DNA of 64,000 nt from Escherichia phage phiWec179. The translations under genes were made by a program, and so were the position numbers. The stretch lies in the sequence record LC739533.1; one strand, given 5' to 3'. The first letter of the stretch is position 1; each line of letters opens with the position of its first letter. Of this stretch, positions 1 to 9,288 are shown piece by piece. Under the pieces are notes generated by a model. It saw only the letters and a list, made by a program, of their open reading frames with translations, searched no databases and was not told the DNA's origin.

Positions 1-118
1 ACCCTACAGAAGAGCTAAACACGTCTTCCATAACAAGGCCCGTCTCGTCTCCATTTTCAGCCCAAGATAACCAAGCCTGATAAAAATCTAAAAGTAATTT
101 ACTTGATGCAATCTTCAT
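1..118 (-). CDS. paralog family A protein, N-terminal part only (gene runs off window start)
   Basis: ATG at 118 after GGAGAG; N-term MKIASSKLLLDFYQAWLSWAENG matches family A FYxxWLxW motif. Confidence 0.45.
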   Translation of the reverse strand, partial: MKIASSKLLLDFYQAWLSWAENGDETGLVMEDVFSSSVG

Positions 119-120
119 GC

Positions 121-309
121 TCACTCTCCTACACTTTCTGGTGTGCCATCCCAAGCACCTAAGACTTCTTTCAGGTGTGCACGGGGTTCTTTAAAATACT
201 CCTCCATTTTATCCAGAAGATCGTCTGTGTTTGGGCTGTATCCCAACATCCCACGTAAAACTCTTTCTTCTTGCAAGACCAACCATCTATGATAGCTTCG
301 AATCATAAT
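121..309 (-). CDS. hypothetical protein
   Basis: GGAGG + ATG at 309 (MIRSYHRW); tiled minus-strand ORF. Confidence 0.35.
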   Translation of the reverse strand: MMIRSYHRWLVLQEERVLRGMLGYSPNTDDLLDKMEEYFKEPRAHLKEVLGAWDGTPESVGE

Positions 310-721
310 ATTCCTCCAAGAGTTTCTCAATTCTCTGAACGGTCTTAGTATCCCAATAAACCTTATTAAAGTCAAGTGTTCCATGTGCATTTCTTTTTGT
401 TTCGAAGTAATAACCACCTTCCCGCTCCAAGCGATCACGGATCACTTCTATAAGATGATCCTTACCTATCTGCGTCAAACAATAATCATACTCTCCTTTT
501 AAGAGATCTATAGAAGGTTGACGGTTATCTCCAACCTGGGAAATCTTCCAATTTACCAATGATCCTTGTATACCAACGTCTGTCTGCTTCACAGCGAAGC
601 CTTTGGCACCCCAGCTACCCAACGTTACCACTAACAGGGCTTCTCCCGTCAGAGAGCGATTAAGCGTGTCGCTTCGGGGTTCACTTAAAGTTGAAAACCA
701 TTTAAGAATCTTTTTAAACAT
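287..721 (-). CDS. hypothetical protein
   Basis: GAGGAG + ATG at 721 (MFKKILKWF); tiled ORF. Confidence 0.45.
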   Translation of the reverse strand: MFKKILKWFSTLSEPRSDTLNRSLTGEALLVVTLGSWGAKGFAVKQTDVGIQGSLVNWKISQVGDNRQPSIDLLKGEYDYCLTQIGKDHLIEVIRDRLEREGGYYFETKRNAHGTLDFNKVYWDTKTVQRIEKLLEEYYDSKLS

Positions 722-782
722 TATATGCTCCTCTCGTTCAACATGCACAAACAATAACACCCTCCAAAGAGGGTGTCAATGA

Positions 783-992
783 TTAATCGATCACAAAAAA
801 CGTAGCGTTCAAACGTCTGAATGTCGCAGGGCTATATCCATGATCACACTCTTCAATGAACTGATCTGTAGTCTGATCGTAACTATAATACTGATCATTT
901 TGGAAATGGAAGGACGCACAGAACAAATCATTTCCTACAGTCCACACTGCCACAAAATTCTTACCGAACGGATAACCTTCAGCTACTTTCAT
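783..992 (-). CDS. hypothetical protein
   Basis: AGGAGGG + ATG at 992; tiled ORF. Confidence 0.4.
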   Translation of the reverse strand: MKVAEGYPFGKNFVAVWTVGNDLFCASFHFQNDQYYSYDQTTDQFIEECDHGYSPATFRRLNATFFVID

Positions 993-1003
993 TCTCCCTC
1001 CTC

Positions 1004-1273
1004 TTACCAAGAAACATACATAGAATACACAAAATCATTGCAGTCTGTCGTAAACGTCGCACTGCAACCTTGAGATCTGAATTTATCACAAATCCCGCGT
1101 ACAATCGAAGCTTGTAGTTCTTTACCTTTCGGTAGACCTAAAGCTTTTACTGGGTTCTGAATCGTCGTGCTGTAGTAACCCCCTTCTGCTGCCGTTGTAA
1201 TGAGGATTTCTGCTCGTTTGATATATTCAAAGTTCACAGAGTCAGCCAAAGCGTGTAAAGAATATGCATCCAT
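1004..1273 (-). CDS. hypothetical protein
   Basis: GAGGAGG + ATG at 1273. Confidence 0.45.
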   Translation of the reverse strand: MDAYSLHALADSVNFEYIKRAEILITTAAEGGYYSTTIQNPVKALGLPKGKELQASIVRGICDKFRSQGCSATFTTDCNDFVYSMYVSW

Positions 1274-1283
1274 TATAACCTCC

Positions 1284-1619
1284 TCAAGAACGATCGAGTT
1301 TCATTAAAAATACAATCATAGCTGCACGCAGTGGTTTATCGTCTTCACGGGACGGTACACCTTCTGTCTTCGCAAGCCAACCGCGAGGAAAACCATCTTC
1401 CCCTGTTACAGGGCTGATACAAATCCTATGTTTTACTATGATAGCCCAAGCATCTGCTGGATCATTGCAGTAATCATACCAAGTGTAATTGCCGTTGCAG
1501 TCATTCCCCACTGATCGTCCATCTGCATTGTGCGGATAACCTAAAGGCTTGACACCGTGGACTGCTGCAAACACACGCTTGTTGATTTCAAAATCACTCA
1601 TTACTCCATATTCTGTCAT
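1284..1619 (-). CDS. hypothetical protein
   Basis: AAGGAG + ATG at 1619; 111 aa, no motif recognised. Confidence 0.45.
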   Translation of the reverse strand: MTEYGVMSDFEINKRVFAAVHGVKPLGYPHNADGRSVGNDCNGNYTWYDYCNDPADAWAIIVKHRICISPVTGEDGFPRGWLAKTEGVPSREDDKPLRAAMIVFLMKLDRS

Positions 1620-1945
1620 GCTTTCTCCTTATCTTTGGATACTGGAAGGATATTGATCATAACAACCCCATCATATCCGTAGGTATCGTTGATTGTAGTT
1701 TCAACTTCACGTATGTCGGCTAAAGATGGAGGCCAATCTGTGAATTGCACATCAATATTACCTGTCCCGATAAAATTACCTTCTTCTGGTCTGTAGTTGT
1801 ATACAAACACAGCATCGTAACGAAACTCCTTCTGTTTGTTACGCTTCTTAAAAGTGCGGTCTAAGGCATAGATGCTTCCTATGACACATACCGCTACAGC
1901 AACAACAACAATGTTAAAATAGAGTTCTTGTAAAATTGCGCTCAT
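1616..1945 (-). CDS. hypothetical membrane-anchored protein
   Basis: N-terminal hydrophobic segment IVVVAVAVCVIGSIYAL; tiled ORF. Confidence 0.45.
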   Translation of the reverse strand: MSAILQELYFNIVVVAVAVCVIGSIYALDRTFKKRNKQKEFRYDAVFVYNYRPEEGNFIGTGNIDVQFTDWPPSLADIREVETTINDTYGYDGVVMINILPVSKDKEKA

Positions 1946-1947
1946 TG

Positions 1948-2277
1948 TTATTTACCCCCTTTCAGTTTTGATTTAACCCATGCCAACCGTTCTTTGTTCA
2001 TATGTTGCGTGCCGTGCTCATAATCCTGCATATAAGCTAAGTCACCAAATGGGTACAAGGTGTCTTGGAAATCTTTGAAAAGCATCTCTGCAAATGCTTC
2101 GTTAACTTCGTCAATTTCTTTTAATGAAAACCCTTGTTCCAGTAACCAGTAAGACAAAGAGTCGCAAAGCCTAACAAGTGTGCTGAAAGGTTTGACATTC
2201 TCTCTTTTCGGAGCCACTTTAGCCCAGGCTAACCATGCCTTAAGAAATTGTTGGATAATCACTTCGTTCTTTGTCAT
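1948..2277 (-). CDS. paralog family A protein (divergent member)
   Basis: AGGAG + ATG at 2277; FLKAWLAWAK...LYPF...KERLAWVKSKL resembles family A. Confidence 0.45.
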   Translation of the reverse strand: MTKNEVIIQQFLKAWLAWAKVAPKRENVKPFSTLVRLCDSLSYWLLEQGFSLKEIDEVNEAFAEMLFKDFQDTLYPFGDLAYMQDYEHGTQHMNKERLAWVKSKLKGGK

Positions 2278-2285
2278 TTTAGCTC

Positions 2286-2960
2286 CTATTTGATGTTCAG
2301 TTTGTTGAGCAGACGTTGAACCGTATAAGGGTGCCATGTGGTACTGCCACGAACGGTTTCAATTTTCTCTTCAGTAAAGATCTCTGCAATTCGAGTCAGA
2401 GATGCTCCTGCTTTCCTCATTAACGTCACTTTATCACGAAGCTTCTCTGCATACAAGACACTTTTATCATTTTTTCGAGGTTGTTTGTAGTCTTGACGTG
2501 ATTCTTTATACTTAGGGGAAGCAGATCCTAAAAGAACTCCTTTGCTCTTAGCTACTGCCAAACCTTTTTTGATACGATCTGCCATACCGCGAACTTCCTG
2601 TTCGGCGAGAACAGATAAAAGCTGGATAACCATCTTATCCGCATCTGGCATAATGGCGATCTTAACGTCGATCATTTCCAGCAAGATTGCTACCGAGGCG
2701 TTGTTACGACCTAAACGGTCCACTTTAGCTACCAGGAGGGTTGCTCCGGTAGCTTTACACATCTCAACAGCCTTGACAAGTTCTTTACGTTGCTTCCAGT
2801 CACCTTTACCTGAATAGAATTCAGAAAACTCTCCGATCACTTCAGCCTCCGGCACAGACTCCAAGAAGTAACGGATATCGTTCTCCTGACTCTGCATACC
2901 ATACTGGGCTTCGCCTTTCTTCTGTTTGGACAAACGGCTGTAAACAACAAACTTTTTCAT
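2286..2960 (-). CDS. serine recombinase (resolvase/invertase family)
   Basis: GAGGAG + ATG; YSRLS catalytic Ser box, VAKVDRLGR, MxIQLLSVLAEQE, C-terminal HTH; alignable by eye to gamma-delta resolvase. Confidence 0.8.
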   Translation of the reverse strand: MKKFVVYSRLSKQKKGEAQYGMQSQENDIRYFLESVPEAEVIGEFSEFYSGKGDWKQRKELVKAVEMCKATGATLLVAKVDRLGRNNASVAILLEMIDVKIAIMPDADKMVIQLLSVLAEQEVRGMADRIKKGLAVAKSKGVLLGSASPKYKESRQDYKQPRKNDKSVLYAEKLRDKVTLMRKAGASLTRIAEIFTEEKIETVRGSTTWHPYTVQRLLNKLNIK

Positions 2961-2970
2961 GATCAACTCC

Positions 2971-3177
2971 TCAATCGTTATTAGGCTTCCATTTTACAAA
3001 CTTGAAGCAGTTATTGTCAAGGAATTTATTGGCATCTTTTTCCTGTTTCCAAACGGTGCATTGTTCTTTAAGGGCTATCTGTTCATTCTGCACATCTGAT
3101 ACCACATCAGCAAGGAGGATCAGAAATCCCAAAAAGACCAACATCAATAACAGATTAAAGAAAGTTTGAAAACTCAT
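2971..3177 (-). CDS. small membrane protein
   Basis: GGAGG + ATG at 3177; hydrophobic FNLLLMLVFLGFLILL. Confidence 0.4.
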   Translation of the reverse strand: MSFQTFFNLLLMLVFLGFLILLADVVSDVQNEQIALKEQCTVWKQEKDANKFLDNNCFKFVKWKPNND

Positions 3178-3428
3178 GCGTCCTCCCATTTGATCCACAG
3201 AATCATTTCTTCAACGTAAACCTCTTTACCTTTGTTATTGATGAAAGTGTATTCTATGAACTCCGCTGTATACTTTTTGTTGTATTGCTCCGCTGCTGGG
3301 ATCGGACACTTTGTCATACGTGTCTCAACCCATTGACGATGAATCGTTGCCTTGTTTTTGGGGTCAAACGGGTGTAAATAGTGTGGTTCCCCACCCTGAC
3401 TTTGCCCCATCTTATTTTTCTTTGCCAT
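3174..3428 (-). CDS. hypothetical protein
   Basis: GGAGG + ATG at 3428 (MAKKNKMGQ). Confidence 0.4.
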   Translation of the reverse strand: MAKKNKMGQSQGGEPHYLHPFDPKNKATIHRQWVETRMTKCPIPAAEQYNKKYTAEFIEYTFINNKGKEVYVEEMILWIKWEDA

Positions 3429-3756
3429 GCTGCACCTCCTCCAGACGGTCATACACCCAAGCAAGACGATCGAAGTTTTTGTGTTGGGTGCCGGACTTCT
3501 TCTCAATCCAATAACAAGGAATCCAACCTGACAGATCCCACTCGCCATCGAACGGATAGTTCCATTCTAAACCTTCCGCTTCAAACTGCTCTACCATTTC
3601 ATCAGAAAGGGAAATATACAAATCTTGGTCTTCCCCGCAATACACTTCCACTGCATGACACAAACCGCAAGCTTTGATGTTTTCGTGCGGATCTTGGCCC
3701 ATAGCCTGATCCAACCACCACTCATAAAACTCCAGTAAAGCTTCACTTGATCTCAT
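3412..3756 (-). CDS. paralog family A protein
   Basis: GGAGGGG + ATG at 3756; LLEFYEWWL...GLCHAV...EQF...YPF...WV motif. Confidence 0.5.
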   Translation of the reverse strand: MRSSEALLEFYEWWLDQAMGQDPHENIKACGLCHAVEVYCGEDQDLYISLSDEMVEQFEAEGLEWNYPFDGEWDLSGWIPCYWIEKKSGTQHKNFDRLAWVYDRLEEVQHGKEK

Positions 3757-4129
3757 TTTCTTCCCCTCCCCCTTTTCCAATAAGCGGCGAAGCCGCGATC
3801 ATCGACTTATAGACAACTTCGGCTGTTCGGGTTAGCCCCGTCCAGTCCTTCGCTGCCTCCAACATTTCTGGGGTAGGCTCTTTCGGGACCAAGACATACC
3901 CTTCTGGGACACACATCCCACTCTCTTTCTTTTCGGCTTCTTCCGACATAACTTGCCACACTCCATAGCTGCAATTCTCGAACAAACAATAGAGTTCAGA
4001 TCCTTCATCATCCACGACAATGAAACAGTTCTCATCTGCTACTTTGGCATTATAGATCCGACCTATGGTCAAATAGTCTCGGACATTAATAAACTTAGAG
4101 GCAAGAAACTTCACACGAATGTTTTTCAT
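3743..4129 (-). CDS. hypothetical protein
   Basis: tiled minus-strand ORF, 128 aa. Confidence 0.45.
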   Translation of the reverse strand: MKNIRVKFLASKFINVRDYLTIGRIYNAKVADENCFIVVDDEGSELYCLFENCSYGVWQVMSEEAEKKESGMCVPEGYVLVPKEPTPEMLEAAKDWTGLTRTAEVVYKSMIAASPLIGKGGGEENEIK

Positions 4130-4365
4130 TTCTTAAACTCCGAAAAGCAACCCAAAGAGATGACCCCGCCATTATAGACGATAGCAAACTGGCACCCTGT
4201 CTTTGTGTCTGTGATGATGTAATCTAAAGCCCCAGTCATGCCAGTTTGAACAAAGCGATCCTTGGTTACAACTTTTGAGTCCGAGAAGCCGTTAACTTTC
4301 GGCACAGTGTCTGCCATAACAGTAGGAGTCACCAGAAACAATGCGATCAGTAATGCCTTTTTCAT
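4126..4365 (-). CDS. small secreted protein
   Basis: GGAGGG + ATG; signal-peptide-like MKKALLIALFLVTPTVMA. Confidence 0.5.
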   Translation of the reverse strand: MKKALLIALFLVTPTVMADTVPKVNGFSDSKVVTKDRFVQTGMTGALDYIITDTKTGCQFAIVYNGGVISLGCFSEFKK

Positions 4366-4376
4366 AAACCCTCCAG

Positions 4377-4691
4377 TTAGCCTTGAAATGAATTGCGACG
4401 ACCAATACGGGCACAGCGATCACCTTCATAAGAGGTGAAATCCAGACTCACTCGGAAGCCAGGGTGGGTATCAGAGATCCCCACATTCTTCACCCACATC
4501 TCGAAACTGCCGATATGTAAGGTCATAATGTTTACATACCATTCCAGCGTCACTTCTGTGCCGTCTACGCCTGTGATGTAGAAATCACGAGCGAAATGGG
4601 TGTCGTGCTTCTGTTTCTGACGCTCATACTTAGCGATTGCACCTTTCTCAACAGCCGCTTTCAGGATCACTTCTAACTCTTCTATTTGCAT
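4377..4691 (-). CDS. hypothetical protein
   Basis: AAGGAGAGAGA + ATG (MQIEE...). Confidence 0.45.
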   Translation of the reverse strand: MQIEELEVILKAAVEKGAIAKYERQKQKHDTHFARDFYITGVDGTEVTLEWYVNIMTLHIGSFEMWVKNVGISDTHPGFRVSLDFTSYEGDRCARIGRRNSFQG

Positions 4692-4745
4692 GTTCTCTCT
4701 CCTTTATTGTTGATGCAACCACTATAATATGTCTGACACTCTCTG

Positions 4746-4961
4746 TCAAATGTTTTCTGCTTCCAGCACTACTCTTTGGATCTGCACGTCATCAATGTTT
4801 GCGAGACAATTCCCTAAAATAAGCCCTGCTCGGAAAGGGGCTTGGAACTTGGAGGAAGCCCCCACTCGAATAGAATACTCCACACCGCACATAACATAAT
4901 CTACACGGTACATATTCAAGCCCATGAACATGAGTTCTTCTTCCGACTCTTCGATTTGCAT
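4746..4961 (-). CDS. hypothetical protein
   Basis: AAGAGGAG + ATG (MQIEE...), same initiation module as 4377..4691. Confidence 0.4.
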   Translation of the reverse strand: MQIEESEEELMFMGLNMYRVDYVMCGVEYSIRVGASSKFQAPFRAGLILGNCLANIDDVQIQRVVLEAENI

Positions 4962-4973
4962 TTTTATCTCCTC

Positions 4974-5528
4974 TTAGTTCCAACTAATAATGATGTGTTT
5001 GATAACCCCAAAAACGCTATATTCCGCTGTTGTCAACGTTACATCTAAACCTTTTGCACGCAACATTGCGGCTACTACATTCACCCCTTCTTTCTGTTTA
5101 TCCATCTCTTCGTAAGAAGAAGGGCTGTTACACAAACCAAAACTCGAAGGTTCAAAATATTTTTGGAATTTTCCCTGTTCTGCATAATCTTCAATCTCCA
5201 GCAGAACACAGTCTACCATTTCAGTAAAATGGGAATTTGCTTGCAGTGCTTTACTACGTAGTTTATCACGTAAACTTCCCACAAACCCTTCCTGATCTTC
5301 TGTTTGCTCTACTTCACAGAAAGGATGAAGTTCAGCCCAGTCCCAAACGTCTCCCTCTAAAGCAAACGTTGTGTTGTAGTTGAAGAAGGTGCAACGTGGA
5401 AGTTCCCCGTTGAAAGAATCCTTCAGCAAAATGTATTTCTTACCATTTGCGTGGAAGAGTTCCCCTTTGATAACCTTGCCTTTCTGGATATCGCTGTCGG
5501 TGGAACGGGTGCAGATAAACTGTTTCAT
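4974..5528 (-). CDS. hypothetical protein
   Basis: GAGGAG + ATG at 5528; 184 aa. Confidence 0.5.
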   Translation of the reverse strand: MKQFICTRSTDSDIQKGKVIKGELFHANGKKYILLKDSFNGELPRCTFFNYNTTFALEGDVWDWAELHPFCEVEQTEDQEGFVGSLRDKLRSKALQANSHFTEMVDCVLLEIEDYAEQGKFQKYFEPSSFGLCNSPSSYEEMDKQKEGVNVVAAMLRAKGLDVTLTTAEYSVFGVIKHIIISWN

Positions 5529-5582
5529 GATTTTCTCCTCTCTGTTTCGATGAGATGATTATGACAAAGACAGATCCTTCTG

Positions 5583-5903
5583 TCAACCAATTATTTCTTC
5601 TGCTATACGTTCTTTTACCCAGTTCACACGATCCACATTCAAATGACAACGGCTTCTTTCCGCTTCTAAGGTGTACTTTCCAAAATTACTGTTGAAAGGC
5701 AACACCATAACCAAATCTTTGCGGTAGAACTGCTCATGCATTTCATCCAGTACAGGTTCGTATCGTTCGCTTTCCCCCATATCGTAAAAATCATAGAGGT
5801 TCGAGCACAAACCTGTGCAACGGGTGAACGGTTCACCTTCAGGAGCACCAGCTTCCAACCATGCCAAATACGTGCGGTAAAATGTTAATAGTTCTTCGCT
5901 CAT
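5583..5903 (-). CDS. paralog family A protein
   Basis: AAGGAGAG + ATG at 5903; LLTFYRTYLAWLEAGAP...GLCSNL...HEQF...LPFN...HLNVDRVNWVKERI. Confidence 0.55.
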   Translation of the reverse strand: MSEELLTFYRTYLAWLEAGAPEGEPFTRCTGLCSNLYDFYDMGESERYEPVLDEMHEQFYRKDLVMVLPFNSNFGKYTLEAERSRCHLNVDRVNWVKERIAEEIIG

Positions 5904-6112
5904 TTCCACTCTCCTTCATGATAGTAAACCTCAAAAGAATAGTAAGTGAACATGCTCATTGTAACACCTCCCATTTCTGGATCAACGGAAGTGTTGTTAT
6001 ACATGTCAACTACTGCCTGACCCGCTGCTTTGGCATGTGCTGCCGAATCACAGGCACAAACATCTTTCTCCCACGGAAACTTGCCATCATACTTAAGACG
6101 GACAATCCACAT
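5900..6112 (-). CDS. hypothetical protein
   Basis: tiled ORF, 70 aa. Confidence 0.4.
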   Translation of the reverse strand: MWIVRLKYDGKFPWEKDVCACDSAAHAKAAGQAVVDMYNNTSVDPEMGGVTMSMFTYYSFEVYYHEGEWK

Positions 6113-6114
6113 GA

Positions 6115-6342
6115 TTATTCCTCCATCTTAAACCATTGAGGGAATACTTTACGGAAGACACGAGTTGCTTCCAAAAGGAATTCCAATTCTTTTTCCCGAT
6201 CTGCGTTCCAACCGTGTACTTTAACATTGATCGCCAGTGCATCAGCGCGCTGACTCAATGCTTGGCAAATCGGATCGCGCAACACTACCGCATCATAAAA
6301 CTGACAAACAGCTTCAAGTTCATACCAATTATAAGCAGCCAT
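6115..6342 (-). CDS. hypothetical protein
   Basis: tiled ORF, 75 aa. Confidence 0.4.
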   Translation of the reverse strand: MAAYNWYELEAVCQFYDAVVLRDPICQALSQRADALAINVKVHGWNADREKELEFLLEATRVFRKVFPQWFKMEE

Positions 6343-6668
6343 TATTCATTCTCCTCTGCAATACGATCTTTAACCCAATTAATCCTGTCCACGTTCAGGT
6401 GACAGGCATCTGCATCTGACTCTAAAACATATGCATCGTAGTTCTCATTGAAAGGGAGTTCTTGACTCAACCCTTTATAGTGGAACTGTGCGTGCATCTC
6501 ATCTGACAAGGTTATTATAATGAGATTGAAGCCATCCCTGTGCACATAATCGAACAAGTTGGCACACAAACCCACACTTGGCAGAAACGGTCTGCCATAA
6601 GGAGCACCATTTTCAATCCATGCCAGATACTTTTTGTAAAACTTCATCAACTCTTCACTTGTTTTCAT
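6342..6668 (-). CDS. paralog family A protein
   Basis: GAGGTGG + ATG; LMKFYKKYLAWIENGAP...GLCANL...HAQF...LPFN...HLNVDRINWVKDRI. Confidence 0.55.
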   Translation of the reverse strand: MKTSEELMKFYKKYLAWIENGAPYGRPFLPSVGLCANLFDYVHRDGFNLIIITLSDEMHAQFHYKGLSQELPFNENYDAYVLESDADACHLNVDRINWVKDRIAEENE

Positions 6669-6906
6669 TTAGCCACCTCGTCAGTTTTTCTTGCTCTTTG
6701 TTTGCGCGTTCTAAGCTTCTAAACTTTAAACAAAGGGGAAGAGTATCCACACCCATGCACAAGCTTTTATCTAAGCTGTGCTCCCCAACCAACCAAAGAG
6801 AATATGTTTGAACATCTAACCCATAGTTTCTGTCTTTCCATAATCTCACCCCAAGAACATCAAAAGGCGCTTCCGCGACTAAAGAAAGAAACCGATCTTT
6901 ATTCAT
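6655..6906 (-). CDS. hypothetical protein
   Basis: tiled ORF, 83 aa. Confidence 0.4.
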   Translation of the reverse strand: MNKDRFLSLVAEAPFDVLGVRLWKDRNYGLDVQTYSLWLVGEHSLDKSLCMGVDTLPLCLKFRSLERANKEQEKLTRWLNENK

Positions 6907-6907
6907 G

Positions 6908-7252
6908 TTACACCACCTCTACCACATGAATGGACACATCGTCACGGTAGTATTTATCATCCCCGTAAATCTGGCCCAAACGTACACATGCGTCGTAGAT
7001 AGAAAGGGCTGGGATCTGATAAGTTTTAATACTGCCGTTATCTTTTGTATACCGGATCTCAAAAAGACGCATCACATCTTCAGCTACCACCTCAAAAGTG
7101 GCGCAGCCCATTCTCAACTCAATAACACAATCTGTTCCGTCATCACTATTGATCCAGTAGTAGTCCACATCCTCGTCTGTATTTGTCACAGGGTATTGCT
7201 TACCAACAGTGAAATATGGAACGGAAGATGATACGCACAAAAGTTTAGTCAT
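6908..7252 (-). CDS. hypothetical protein
   Basis: GGAG + ATG at 7252 (MTKLLCVSSS). Confidence 0.4.
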   Translation of the reverse strand: MTKLLCVSSSVPYFTVGKQYPVTNTDEDVDYYWINSDDGTDCVIELRMGCATFEVVAEDVMRLFEIRYTKDNGSIKTYQIPALSIYDACVRLGQIYGDDKYYRDDVSIHVVEVV

Positions 7253-7312
7253 TTTTCTCTCCTTATTGTCTTGATGTGGTAAGCATACCATACAGAAATC
7301 AGGTGTCAAGCT

Positions 7313-7513
7313 TTATCGACACAGATAGTTGTAACGATCTGCTTTATCCTCTGCTTCAGCAAAGTCAGCAATCAAGGAAGTTTTGAGTTCTTCCAACTCT
7401 TTCACCCAAGAGTCGTAATCGCTCTGTGTTTCCCCGATGGTTTGGAGAAAACAATCGTCGTAGCCAATAGACATGGCTAACTCGATAATACGTTCCAGTT
7501 TTTCTTCCATCAT
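7313..7513 (-). CDS. hypothetical protein
   Basis: tiled ORF, 66 aa, acidic. Confidence 0.4.
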   Translation of the reverse strand: MMEEKLERIIELAMSIGYDDCFLQTIGETQSDYDSWVKELEELKTSLIADFAEAEDKADRYNYLCR

Positions 7514-8034
7514 TTCTCTCCTTCTACAGATTCTTGTTTAATATGATAATAGGCACCCCGTGCCAGATACACTTCGTGTTCTACATCGCTGATCGGGAAC
7601 CCATCAGGATTGGAAAGTCCTTGCTCAATAGTGAGAATAAGGCTTCGCAAACTAAGAGCCAGCAATTCTATACGTGCTTCAAGCACACGGTTGTGTTTAC
7701 GAGAAATATCGTAGTTGCACTGTGCTTCCTTCCATTGTTCGGTGGCATGTTCCGCTACACGCAGAAGAACAGCTTTCTCCTGTTCAGCTTTAGATACTTC
7801 CCAGTTCACAGAAGTGTCAGCAGGAACAAGAATGAAAGGTTCTTCTTTCTCTCCCACAACAGACCAACGCCCCAGCTTACTATCTTTCAATGTATCCCAC
7901 GCATAGTCCCCATCGTCACAAGTAAATCGGAATACCTCTCCTTCCTTGGCCTCCCATTCAGCCTCGTAAGTTTTACCAGTGGTAACAAAGGAATGTTTAG
8001 AGAGACTACAGTAAACAGCGAATACCTTGCTCAT
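7510..8034 (-). CDS. hypothetical protein
   Basis: tiled ORF, 174 aa. Confidence 0.5.
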   Translation of the reverse strand: MSKVFAVYCSLSKHSFVTTGKTYEAEWEAKEGEVFRFTCDDGDYAWDTLKDSKLGRWSVVGEKEEPFILVPADTSVNWEVSKAEQEKAVLLRVAEHATEQWKEAQCNYDISRKHNRVLEARIELLALSLRSLILTIEQGLSNPDGFPISDVEHEVYLARGAYYHIKQESVEGEK

Positions 8035-8276
8035 TCTACCTCCTCATTAGAAATTACAGACAAAGAGAGCGTAGCAAAACCTACAGAGATTGCTCGCCCC
8101 TCATCAATAGCTTCGTTAATCATATAACTTACCAAACTGGTAGTAGCAAAATCACCATCTTCAGTAAGGCGAAACACTTCTTGATCCGGTTCGGTGATGA
8201 AAGGCAGAAGGTATTCTTTCTTTGTATCCAGGAAACGTACTACATGGAATAAACGGGTTTTATTTCCGTAAGACAT
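8031..8276 (-). CDS. hypothetical protein
   Basis: AAGGAG + ATG at 8276 (MSYGNKTRLF). Confidence 0.4.
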   Translation of the reverse strand: MSYGNKTRLFHVVRFLDTKKEYLLPFITEPDQEVFRLTEDGDFATTSLVSYMINEAIDEGRAISVGFATLSLSVISNEEVE

Positions 8277-8541
8277 TCTTTCTCTCCTTTGCTTTTGGAT
8301 ACTCCCAACCCTCTGGGAGATCTTCGTTAAGCATCCACTCAAAAGGCCAGCGACAATAGCTATGCCACTTTCCATCCAAGTAGAGGCAATCTTCATCTAC
8401 TGGTCCACAAGGATTGATAACTACAACACACCCTTTTGCTCGCCAATACTGAACTATTTCGGGGTAAAAACAAGAAACATCAGTCCACTCCCAAATACGT
8501 TCATCATTCAAACGATACGCTGCTGGTAATGTTTCTTTCAT
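8260..8541 (-). CDS. hypothetical protein
   Basis: tiled ORF, 93 aa, Trp/Cys-rich. Confidence 0.4.
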   Translation of the reverse strand: MKETLPAAYRLNDERIWEWTDVSCFYPEIVQYWRAKGCVVVINPCGPVDEDCLYLDGKWHSYCRWPFEWMLNEDLPEGWEYPKAKERKNVLRK

Positions 8542-8545
8542 CCGA

Positions 8546-8992
8546 TCAAACCTCTGTCAAAGAGAAACGCCAATCTTTACTACTACCCACACCAAGGAAG
8601 TAATAGTCTCCGGTACTAACGGAAATACGCCAAGCGGAAATCCAGTCAGGAATCTCTGGCTTATGGCTGTAGCCATAGCGATCACCACTTGAATCTGTTG
8701 CAATATAATTAACAAATTCAGGCACATCTAAAGTTTCACCTTGATACTCTACACGCTTGAAGCCATCTTCCACTTGTTCCTCCCCTTCTACCAGAAGGGC
8801 AAGAAGCTGAATGTGCGGACAAGTGAAATCTTGCCCTGGATAACGTGAACGGATATCTGTAAGCAGAGCGATCACCGCGTCTGCCAGATTTTGGTAATCT
8901 TCATACTTCACGAACGTCCCTTTTGTAGGATCATCCGAACACAAAAGCCAAGCGTCGTTCGGATTCACTCCATAATGTTTAACTTTAGACAT
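8546..8992 (-). CDS. hypothetical protein
   Basis: tiled ORF, 148 aa. Confidence 0.5.
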   Translation of the reverse strand: MSKVKHYGVNPNDAWLLCSDDPTKGTFVKYEDYQNLADAVIALLTDIRSRYPGQDFTCPHIQLLALLVEGEEQVEDGFKRVEYQGETLDVPEFVNYIATDSSGDRYGYSHKPEIPDWISAWRISVSTGDYYFLGVGSSKDWRFSLTEV

Positions 8993-9072
8993 ACACCCTC
9001 CTATTCGTACATTAAGAAGCCCAAAATAATAATCAGGGCAGCGAAAATAATAATCTCTATCATATCACATTC

Positions 9073-9285
9073 TCACTTATTCATAGAAGCAGGAAGAATC
9101 GAATGACACTTCCTGCACACTTTCACTTTAACAAGATTATCACTCCCTTCTGCGTAAATCAAAGCTTCTTTCAACTTATTCCCACACGAACAATACTCTG
9201 TTAGGTCCAGGGGAACATCAAAAAGCCCGTAATCGCTCTCATATTGTTTCTTACACAACGAAACCACTCTTGTAAAGTAAGACAT
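9073..9285 (-). CDS. hypothetical Cys-rich protein (possible zinc ribbon)
   Basis: CSCGNK ... CRKCHS cysteine pairs. Confidence 0.4.
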   Translation of the reverse strand: MSYFTRVVSLCKKQYESDYGLFDVPLDLTEYCSCGNKLKEALIYAEGSDNLVKVKVCRKCHSILPASMNK

Positions 9286-9288
9286 TTC

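Noticed and set aside
2286-2960. Prophage boundary or integration module suggested by the recombinase
   Set aside because: No bacterial housekeeping genes, tRNA attachment site or tyrosine integrase anywhere in the window; gene content on both sides is phage-like, so this looks like a virion genome segment rather than a prophage edge.
7534-8127. 197-aa plus-strand ORF inside the minus-strand array (also 10816..11196, 11390..11779, 12091..12411, 13312..13590, 14187..14528)
   Set aside because: Antisense to a gap-free series of minus-strand genes that have SD sites and overlapping stop/start codons; no SD or promoter of their own; low-complexity composition. Treated as spurious.
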